Below are positions 22,187 through 29,788 of a stretch of DNA of 64,000 nt, piece by piece. Under the pieces are notes generated by a model, which searched no databases, had not been told where the DNA came from, and saw nothing but the letters and a program-made list of their open reading frames with translations. The translations under genes were made by a program, and so were the position numbers. Within the stretch, counting starts at the first letter, position 1; every line of letters starts with the position of its first letter. This stretch comes from Vicinamibacterales bacterium (GTDB lineage Bacteria > Acidobacteriota > Vicinamibacteria > Vicinamibacterales > UBA8438): positions 2,498,309-2,562,308 of the forward strand of contig OZ220728.1 of NCBI GenBank assembly GCA_965116845.1, read 5' to 3'.

Positions 22187-22281
22187 CGGCGATCCCGGAC
22201 CGACGGCGACGCCCGACTGACGGCGACCCCGGACTGAGAGCGACCCCGGACTGAGAGCGACCCCGGACTGAGAGCGACCCG
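22185..22281 (+). repeat. 17-bp tandem repeat, 5 full units plus one partial
   Basis: GACGGCGATCCCGGACC / GACGGCGACGCCCGACT / GACGGCGACCCCGGACT / GAGAGCGACCCCGGACT / GAGAGCGACCCCGGACT / GAGAGCGACCCG. The array fills the whole spacer from the SNF2 stop (TGA 22184-22186) to the SWIM ATG (22282). Confidence 0.95.
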
Positions 22282-23265
22282 ATGGCGCACTGGTATCCGC
22301 GTTACGTTCCCGTCGGCGTGCGGCGCGCCCGGGCCCTGCGCGAGCGGCTCAGCCTGCGCGCGCGCGGCGTCGAGGTGCAGCCGGTGGAGATCCGGGGGCG
22401 CACCATCGCCCGCAGCTTCTGGGGCCGGCGGTGGTGCGAGCACCTGGAGTCGTTCTCGGACTTCGCGAACCGCCTGCCCCGCGGGCGCACCTACGTGCGC
22501 AACGGCGCGGTCTACCACCTGGCGATCGCCGCGGGCGGTATCGAGGCGCGGGTTGCCGGGAGCGACCTCTATCGTGTCGCGGTACGCATCCGGACGCTCA
22601 AGCGACCGGCCTGGAAGGCGATCAAGGCCGCCTGTGCCGGACGGATCGGGTCGGTGCTCGAGCTGCTCCAGGGCCGCCTCTCCGATCACGTCATGGAGGT
22701 GGTGACCGACCGCGACACGGGGCTGTTCCCGAAGCCGGGCCAGATGGAGCTGGCGTGCGACTGCCCGGACTGGGCCACGATGTGCAAGCACGTCTCGGCC
22801 GTGCTCTACGGCGTCGGCAGCCGCCTGGACGACAGCCCTGAGCTGCTCTTTCGCCTGCGCGGCGTCGACGAGGCGGAGCTGATCGCCGCGGACCTCACGC
22901 TGCCGGCCGGAGCAGCGAGCGCGGACACCCTTGACGACGGCGACCTCGGGAGCATTTTCAGCATCGACCTCGACGCGGAGGACGACGCGCCGATGGCGCC
23001 CGCGACTGCGCCCGACCCGGCGCCGCCGGAGCCTGCCGCGCCGACGCCGCACGCGACCCCGGAGACCGGCGCGCCCACCGGAGCGCAGATCGCCGAGCTG
23101 CGCGCCTGGTGCGGGTTCTCGGTCGCGGAGTTCGCCGGCCTGCTCCGCGTCTCTGCCGCGACCGTCCGCCGCTGGGAGGAAGCGCGCGGGCCGCTCGCCC
23201 TGCGGTCACGAACGCGCGAGGCGCTGGTGGTTCTCCGGCGGGAGGCCGGCGACCTGGAGGCGTAA
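22282..23265 (+). CDS. SWIM zinc-finger protein with C-terminal XRE-like HTH
   Basis: 327 aa. N-terminal domain RLPRGRTYVRNGAVYHLAIAAGGIEARVAGSDLYRVAVRI. SWIM motif CDCPDWATMCKH. Pro/Ala linker, then AQIAELRAWCGFSVAEFAGLLRVSAATVRRWE. Confidence 0.85.
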   Translation: MAHWYPRYVPVGVRRARALRERLSLRARGVEVQPVEIRGRTIARSFWGRRWCEHLESFSDFANRLPRGRTYVRNGAVYHLAIAAGGIEARVAGSDLYRVAVRIRTLKRPAWKAIKAACAGRIGSVLELLQGRLSDHVMEVVTDRDTGLFPKPGQMELACDCPDWATMCKHVSAVLYGVGSRLDDSPELLFRLRGVDEAELIAADLTLPAGAASADTLDDGDLGSIFSIDLDAEDDAPMAPATAPDPAPPEPAAPTPHATPETGAPTGAQIAELRAWCGFSVAEFAGLLRVSAATVRRWEEARGPLALRSRTREALVVLRREAGDLEA

Positions 23266-23295
23266 TCGCGACGCGGATTCCGGCCGCGTCGCGAT
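23265..23295 (+). terminator. Stem-loop immediately after the SWIM gene stop
   Basis: ATCGCGACGCGG-attccgg-CCGCGTCGCGAT: perfect 12-bp stem and 7-nt loop, overlapping the TAA stop. No U-tract follows. Confidence 0.5.
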
Positions 23296-23397
23296 CGCGG
23301 CGACCGGCGGGGGGACCGCGAGCGAGCGGCCGCAAGCACCAGTCCTGCTAGACTGGAAGTCTCAAACCGTGGTCCCCCGGCCGGGGCCGCCGACTCC

Positions 23398-24906
23398 ATG
23401 AAGGTCCTCATCGCCAACCGCGGCGAGATCGCGGTTCGAATCATGCGCGCCTGCCGCGAGCTGGGCGTCGCGACGGTCGCCGTGCACGCCGACTGTGACC
23501 GATTGGCGCCCCACGTGCGCTACGCCGACGAGGCGGTGGGGCTGGGCGCCGACGAAGCGGTCGAGAGCTACCTGCGGATCGACAAGCTGATCGACGCGGC
23601 CCACCGCACCGGGGCCGACGCCGTGCATCCCGGCTACGGCTTTCTGGCCGAGAACGCCGACTTCGCGCAGGCGGCGGTCGACGCGGGGCTGTGCGTCGTC
23701 GGGCCGCCGCCCGAGGTGATCGCGCTGATGGGAGGCAAGACGGCGGCGCGCGAGGCGGCGGCGCGCGCCGGGGTGCCGATCGTGCCGGGGAGCGGCGGCC
23801 CTCTCCCCGCGGACGCGAGCGACGACGAGCTGCGCCGGACCGGTGAGGAGATCGGCTACCCGCTCTTCGTCAAGGCGGTGGCGGGTGGCGGCGGCAAGGG
23901 GATGCGGCTCGTCCGGCCCGGCGCCGACCTCGTGAACGCGGTCCGCGGGGCGGCGTCCGAGGCGACGGCGGCCTTCGGCAACGGCGCGGTCTACCTGGAG
24001 CGCGCCATCGAGCGAGGGCGCCACATCGAGGTGCAGCTCCTGGCCGATGCGCACGGCACGGTGGTGCCCTTCGTCGAGCGCGAGTGCTCCATCCAACGAA
24101 GACACCAGAAGCTGATCGAAGAGACGCCGTCGGTGGCGGTCGACGAGGCCACCCGCCGCGCCCTGGCCGAGGCGGCCGCCGCGCTTGCGCGCGAGGTCGG
24201 CTACACCAACGCGGGCACCATCGAGTTCCTGCTCGACCGCAACGGGAAGTTCTACTTTCTGGAGATGAACACCCGGCTGCAGGTCGAGCATCCCGTGACC
24301 GAGATGGTGACCGGGCTCGACCTCGTGCGCTGGCAGCTCCGCATCGCCCGCGGGGAGCCGCTCACGATTGATCCCGAACGCGCTCTCGCGCCGCGCGGTC
24401 ACGCCATCGAGTGCCGCGTCTACGCCGAGGATCCGGACGCCGGGTTCCTGCCGTCGCCGGGGCGGCTGTCGGCACACCGGCCCCCGGCCGGCCCCGGGGT
24501 GCGGGTCGACGCCGGCGTCGAGTCCGGTTTCGAGGTGCCGGTCCACTACGACTCGATGGTCTCGAAGCTCGTCGTCTGGGACGAGGACCGCAACGCCGCC
24601 ATCGAGCGCATGCTGCGCGCCCTCGGCGAGTACGAGGTCGGCGGGGTGCCGACGACGGTGCCGTTGTTCCGGTGGATCCTCCGGCTCGACGACTTCGCCG
24701 CGGGCCGCTTCGACACGACGTATCTCGACCGGGCGTTGGCCGAGCGCGACGGGACGCCGTTCGTCGACCCGCCCCCCGACGGCGAGGAGACGGCCGTCCT
24801 GGCCGCCGCAGTGCACACCGCGCTCCGCGGCGGGAGCGGCGGCGGCCCGCGCCGGGAGGCCGCGCGCTCCTGGCGGCGCGCCGCGCGCCTCGAGGGGTTG
24901 CGCTGA
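23398..24906 (+). CDS. accC: Biotin carboxylase subunit of acyl-CoA carboxylase
   Basis: 502 aa. MKVLIANRGEIAVRIMRACRELG, ATP-grasp region, EMNTRLQVEHPVTE. Confidence 0.95.
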   Translation: MKVLIANRGEIAVRIMRACRELGVATVAVHADCDRLAPHVRYADEAVGLGADEAVESYLRIDKLIDAAHRTGADAVHPGYGFLAENADFAQAAVDAGLCVVGPPPEVIALMGGKTAAREAAARAGVPIVPGSGGPLPADASDDELRRTGEEIGYPLFVKAVAGGGGKGMRLVRPGADLVNAVRGAASEATAAFGNGAVYLERAIERGRHIEVQLLADAHGTVVPFVERECSIQRRHQKLIEETPSVAVDEATRRALAEAAAALAREVGYTNAGTIEFLLDRNGKFYFLEMNTRLQVEHPVTEMVTGLDLVRWQLRIARGEPLTIDPERALAPRGHAIECRVYAEDPDAGFLPSPGRLSAHRPPAGPGVRVDAGVESGFEVPVHYDSMVSKLVVWDEDRNAAIERMLRALGEYEVGGVPTTVPLFRWILRLDDFAAGRFDTTYLDRALAERDGTPFVDPPPDGEETAVLAAAVHTALRGGSGGGPRREAARSWRRAARLEGLR

Positions 24907-24909
24907 ACG

Positions 24910-25440
24910 ATGCGGGTCGAGATTGCGGTTGGTGAGCGCCTGCACGAGGTGACGGTGGAGCGGGAGCCCGCGCACCCCGGACGCTTTCGGGTCACCTGGG
25001 ACGGCGCGACGCGCCTCGTCGATGCGCGGATCGTCGAGCGGGCCGGCCGCGAGGCGCTGCTCTCGCTGGTGCGGCTCGACGGGGCGGCCGGCAGCCGCGA
25101 GGTGCGCTGCGTCGAGACCGGCGCCGGCGGGGAGCTGGCCGTACATGACTGCGGTGTGGTCTGGCGGACCGTGGTGAACGGCCGCCGCGCCGCGGGGGCG
25201 GATGGTGCGGCCGCGGGCGGTGATGGCGAGGAACGGGTCATCGCGCCGATGCCGGGGAAGGTCGTCCGGATCCTCGTCGCGCCCGGCGACGAGGTTGCAG
25301 CGCGACAACCGCTGGTCGTCGTGGAGGCGATGAAGATGGAGAACGAGATGGCGGCCCCGCGAGCCGGCACCGTGAAGGAGATTCCGGTGGAGGAGGGCAC
25401 GTCCGTCGACGCCGGACGGGTCCTGGCCGTCATCGATTAG
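24910..25440 (+). CDS. Biotin carboxyl carrier (biotinyl/lipoyl-domain) protein
   Basis: 176 aa. C-terminal biotinyl domain IAPMPGKVVRILV...LVVVEAMKMENEM with the AMKM biotinylation motif. Confidence 0.85.
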   Translation: MRVEIAVGERLHEVTVEREPAHPGRFRVTWDGATRLVDARIVERAGREALLSLVRLDGAAGSREVRCVETGAGGELAVHDCGVVWRTVVNGRRAAGADGAAAGGDGEERVIAPMPGKVVRILVAPGDEVAARQPLVVVEAMKMENEMAAPRAGTVKEIPVEEGTSVDAGRVLAVID

Positions 25441-25468
25441 CTCCGACCAGGAGTGCCCCGACACGCTG

Positions 25469-28400
25469 ATGGCTGACGACGAGCCCCGGACGACCGCGCC
25501 GGCAGCTTCCGGTCCGGCGGCGGCTTCGGATCCGCCGGCCGCCTCGAGTTCGCCGGCCGCCGATTCGCCGCCGGCCGATTCACCCGCGGACGCTTCCCCG
25601 GCGCAGCACGTCCGCCGCCGCGGGTGGTTGCGTCGCTGGCCCCGCGTGCGCCGCTACGGAAGCTGGGGCCTCGCGCTGGTGGTGGCCCTGCTGTGCGCCG
25701 CCCTCGTCTCCGTCGTGACCATCGATCTCGGCCCGGCCCTGCGGGGCCAGGCGGAGCAGCAGTTCGCGAACTACCTCGACCGGCCGGTGCGCATCGGGCG
25801 CCTCTCCACCTACCTGCTTCCGGGGCGCTTCCTCATCGAGGACCTCGTCATCGACGGGCTCTCGCCCGGCGACCGGCCCTTCTTCCACGGTGAGCGGATC
25901 GTCATCTCCACCGCCTGGCTGCCGCTGCTCCAGGGTGAGGTCCTGGTGGACGACGTCGACATGCAGGGCTGGCGCATGGTGGTGGAGGCGTTCGAGGACG
26001 GTCGCAACAGCTTCCCGCCGTTCGCCCCCCGCCGCGAAGACGACGGCGAGCCGCCGCCGGCGCCGGAGACGACCGCCGGCGTGCCGGGTCCGGTTCCGCC
26101 GGAGGCCGCGAGCGCGCCGGAGGAGGAACGGCCGCGGCGCATCGTCACCACGGTGCAGCAGTTGCGCGCCCACGAGGGCGAGTTTCTCTTCGAGGACCAC
26201 GTCGCGCCCTGGAGCGTCGTTGCCCGCGACGTCGATCTGACCCTGGCGAAGGGAACGGGGTACGGCGGCCGGATGTCGTTCCGCGGAGGCACGGTCCGGA
26301 TCGGCGACTTCGAGCCGATGACGACCGACGTCGACGCGGACTACGTTCTCGACGGCGCGCTGGTCGATTTGACCCGGCTGGACCTGCGGATGACCGGCTT
26401 CGACGCCCGCCTGACGGGGCGCCTGGATCTGCTCGCCTGGCCCGAGCAGACCTACGACATCCGCCGTTCGTCGATCGACCTCGCGGCGATGAAGGACATC
26501 TTCTTCGCGGGCGACGACTTCACCGTTGCCGGCGACGCCGAGTTCCGCGGTTCGTGGCACATCTTCGACGGCGGGCGCGAGTTGACGGGGAGTTTCTCCA
26601 CCCCGGATCCCACGCTGCAGGGGCTGTCGTTCCCCGCGCTCGCCGGCGACCTGGTCTGGACCAGAGACCGCTTCGCGGTGACGGAGGCGCAGTCGGGCTT
26701 CTACGGAGGCGAGCTGGACTTCTCCTACGGCATGGCGCCGCTCGGCGCGGAGACGCCGGCCCTGGCCACGTTCGACGCCCGTTACGACGGCATCGACCTC
26801 GGCGCGTTGCTGCCCGAGCTCGCCGTCGCCGGCGCCCGCCCGCAGGGGACGGCCGGCGGACGGACGCGGCTCGCCTGGCCGGTCGGCGACTTCTCGGACC
26901 GGCGGGGCGACGGTCGTCTGGCGGTTGCGCCTCCGCCCGCCACTCCCTTGCTGTCCCGCACCGCCGCTCCCGCCGCCGACGGCGCCCGCTGGCCGTACGC
27001 GGATGCCGCGTTCGCACCCGACGAGACGCCGTGGCGATTCCCGCTGGGGGCGGATATCGGGTACGACTTCGACGCCGACGAGGTGCGCATCGGGCCGAGC
27101 TGGGCGGCGACGCCGCTGACCTCGATCACGTTCGGCGGGCGGACGGCCTGGGGCCGCGACTCGAGCATCCCCTTCCACGTGCGCAGCACGGACTGGCAGG
27201 AGGCGGATCGCGTCATGGCGGCGGTGATGACGGCGTTCGGCCGCCCAACGGGTGCCATCGAGGTCGCCGGCCGCGGGGAGATGCAAGGCGTCATGCGGGG
27301 CGCCTTTCTCGCGCCGCGCATCGAGGCGCGTTTCGACGGCGACGACATCCGGGCCTGGAACGTCGACTGGGGGCACGGGGAAGGAGACGTGGTCGTCGAG
27401 GACGCCCATCTCGACGTGGCCGGCGGCGCCTTCCGCCGCGGTCCGACCGTGCTGACCGTCGACGGCAGGTTCGCGCTCGGCCGGCCGCCGGAGGGTGCCG
27501 GCGCGGACGAGGACAGGGACGAAGTCGAGATCGATGCGCGATTCGGGCTGACGGAGCTCCCGGCGCAACACGTGCGGGACGCCTTCCGGGTGGTGGGTTA
27601 TCCGATCGACGGCCCGCTCACCGGCATCATCGATTTGCGCGGGGCCTATCGGCGGCCCTACGGCGACGGCACGCTCGCGCTGGGTCGGGGCCTCGCCTAC
27701 GGCGAGCCGTTCGACCGGGCGGATGCCGGCTTGCGCTTCGACGGCGACGGCGTATGGCTCGAGGGGTTCGAGGTGGGCAAGGGGGATGGCCGGGTCACCG
27801 GGGCGATGTACATCCGCTGGAACGGCACCTACTCGGTCAATGCCGACGGGCAGGGGCTTGCGCTGGAGACGGCGCAGATCGCGGCGCGGACGGGCGCACC
27901 GGTAACCGGAGCGCTGGACTTCACGGTCTCCGGTGCCGGTGCCTTCGACCTGCCGCGCTACACGCTGGACGGCACCATCGCCGACCTGGCGATCTCGGGC
28001 GCGAGCGTGGGCCAGGTGACCGGCCGGCTCGAAGTCGACGGAGACGCGATGCAGGTCGAGCTGGAGGCGGCCTCCCCGAGTCTCGCGGTATCGGGGGCGG
28101 GTCGCATCGCCCTCGCCGGAGACGGCGACGCCGAGCTGCACCTGCGCGCCAGCGGTACCCGTCTCGATCCCTTCGTCCGGGCCCTGCGCCCGGAGCTGGC
28201 CGAATCGATCGCGCTGGTCGCGAGCGGCACCGTCAGCGTCCGGGGGCCGCTGCGGGACTTCGATCGACTGGCGGTCGGCATCGAGGCCGAGCAGCTCGAG
28301 CTGACGCTCTTCGACTATCCGGCCGGCAACGACGGGCCGGTCCGCCTCTCGGTGGCGGAGCGGGTGCTGCAGCTCGAGCAGTTCCGTCTCGCGGGGGAGG

Positions 28401-29788
28401 GGACGCGGCTCGAGCTGACGGGCCAGGTGGATCTCGGCGACGAGCGCATGGCCGTGGGCGTCGAAGGCGACGTCAACCTCGCCGTGCTCGGAGGGCTCGC
28501 CCCCGACGTGCGGAGCTCGGGCGAGACCCGCGTGCGGGCGCAGGTCGGCGGCTCGTGGCGGAATCCGGTGCTGACGGGCGAGGCGCGCGTCACGCGCGGC
28601 CGCGTCCGCCACTTCTCGCTGCCGCACGCCCTCGACGCCATCGAGGGGCGCCTGGTGTTCGACCGGGACGGCGTGGGGTTCGACGAGGTGACGGCGCAGT
28701 TGGGCGGCGGGCGGCTCCTGTTCGGCGGCCGAGTGGGTCTCCGCGGTTACGGGCTGGGCGACTTCAACCTGACGGCGCAGGCCACCGGAATGAACCTGCG
28801 CTACCCGGCGGGCATCCGGTCGACGGCGGACGCGGACCTGACGCTCACCGGATCGGCGGCGGCCCCGACCCTGGGCGGCGCGGTCTTCGTGCGGGAGGCC
28901 ATCTGGCTGGACCTGCTGGGGTCGGGCACGTCGCTGCTCGCACTGCCGCTCGCCGGGGAGGAGGATGAGCCGGCCGGCGGCGCCGAGTCGCTGCCGCTAG
29001 GCTTCGACCTCCGCATAGTGGCGCCGTCGACCCTGCGCATCAACGACACGAACGCCCAGATCGTCGCCAGCGCCGAGCTGACGCTGCGCGGCACGTCCGA
29101 TCGCCCGCTGCTCTTCGGCAATGCCGAGATCGAGCGGGGGCAGGTCTTCTTCGAGGGGAACCGCTACCGCATCACGCGCGGCAACGTCAGCTTTTCGAAC
29201 CCGATCGCGATCCAGCCCGCCTTCGACGTGGAGGTGGAGACCGACATCCGGGTGCCGGGACAGACCTACCGGGTGACGCTGGGGCTGAGCGGCTCGTGGG
29301 GCGGGCCGTCGGCGCCGGAGCTGGAGTTCTCGTCCGACCCGCCGCTGCAGCAGTTCGAGATCGTCGGCCTGCTGCTCGGCGACCTGCGGGATCCGCAACA
29401 GGCGGAGATCCGCACCCTGCGAGCCCGCGAATCCTCCCAGCAGGAGCTGCTGCAGGCGGCCGGGGCGCGGCTGCTCACGAACCCCGTCTCCTCCGGCGTC
29501 GGCCAGGTCGTGGAGCGCAATTTCGGCGTCGACACGTTCGAGATCGTGCCCTCGCTCGACGACCCGACCACGTCGGAGTCGATCCTGCTGGTGCCGACGG
29601 CGCGGGTGCTGATCGGCAAGCGGATCTCGGATCGGGCGCACGTCACGTTCTCGCGCGCCCTGAGCGGGGCCAACCAGGATGTGATCATGATCCTCGAGTA
29701 CGACGCGACGGATCGCCTCTCCTGGGTAGTGTCACAAAACGAGGATCAGACCTACGCGCTCGACTTCCGAGTGCGCCATGCGTTCTGA
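25469..29788 (+). CDS. tamB: Translocation and assembly module protein TamB (AsmA-like, DUF490 C-terminus)
   Basis: 1439 aa. Pro/Ala/Ser-rich N-terminus, then a TM anchor (WGLALVVALLCAALVSVVTI), a long beta-rich body and a C-terminal TamB/DUF490-like end (RISDRAHVTFSRAL...YALDFRVRHAF). Confidence 0.85.
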   Translation: MADDEPRTTAPAASGPAAASDPPAASSSPAADSPPADSPADASPAQHVRRRGWLRRWPRVRRYGSWGLALVVALLCAALVSVVTIDLGPALRGQAEQQFANYLDRPVRIGRLSTYLLPGRFLIEDLVIDGLSPGDRPFFHGERIVISTAWLPLLQGEVLVDDVDMQGWRMVVEAFEDGRNSFPPFAPRREDDGEPPPAPETTAGVPGPVPPEAASAPEEERPRRIVTTVQQLRAHEGEFLFEDHVAPWSVVARDVDLTLAKGTGYGGRMSFRGGTVRIGDFEPMTTDVDADYVLDGALVDLTRLDLRMTGFDARLTGRLDLLAWPEQTYDIRRSSIDLAAMKDIFFAGDDFTVAGDAEFRGSWHIFDGGRELTGSFSTPDPTLQGLSFPALAGDLVWTRDRFAVTEAQSGFYGGELDFSYGMAPLGAETPALATFDARYDGIDLGALLPELAVAGARPQGTAGGRTRLAWPVGDFSDRRGDGRLAVAPPPATPLLSRTAAPAADGARWPYADAAFAPDETPWRFPLGADIGYDFDADEVRIGPSWAATPLTSITFGGRTAWGRDSSIPFHVRSTDWQEADRVMAAVMTAFGRPTGAIEVAGRGEMQGVMRGAFLAPRIEARFDGDDIRAWNVDWGHGEGDVVVEDAHLDVAGGAFRRGPTVLTVDGRFALGRPPEGAGADEDRDEVEIDARFGLTELPAQHVRDAFRVVGYPIDGPLTGIIDLRGAYRRPYGDGTLALGRGLAYGEPFDRADAGLRFDGDGVWLEGFEVGKGDGRVTGAMYIRWNGTYSVNADGQGLALETAQIAARTGAPVTGALDFTVSGAGAFDLPRYTLDGTIADLAISGASVGQVTGRLEVDGDAMQVELEAASPSLAVSGAGRIALAGDGDAELHLRASGTRLDPFVRALRPELAESIALVASGTVSVRGPLRDFDRLAVGIEAEQLELTLFDYPAGNDGPVRLSVAERVLQLEQFRLAGEGTRLELTGQVDLGDERMAVGVEGDVNLAVLGGLAPDVRSSGETRVRAQVGGSWRNPVLTGEARVTRGRVRHFSLPHALDAIEGRLVFDRDGVGFDEVTAQLGGGRLLFGGRVGLRGYGLGDFNLTAQATGMNLRYPAGIRSTADADLTLTGSAAAPTLGGAVFVREAIWLDLLGSGTSLLALPLAGEEDEPAGGAESLPLGFDLRIVAPSTLRINDTNAQIVASAELTLRGTSDRPLLFGNAEIERGQVFFEGNRYRITRGNVSFSNPIAIQPAFDVEVETDIRVPGQTYRVTLGLSGSWGGPSAPELEFSSDPPLQQFEIVGLLLGDLRDPQQAEIRTLRARESSQQELLQAAGARLLTNPVSSGVGQVVERNFGVDTFEIVPSLDDPTTSESILLVPTARVLIGKRISDRAHVTFSRALSGANQDVIMILEYDATDRLSWVVSQNEDQTYALDFRVRHAF

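Noticed and set aside
22185-22281. Tandem repeats at 22185, 5979, 33461 and 57381 considered as CRISPR arrays.
   Set aside because: The units are contiguous, with no unique spacers. Their periods are only 16-36 nt, one array is in-frame coding, and there are no cas genes in the window.
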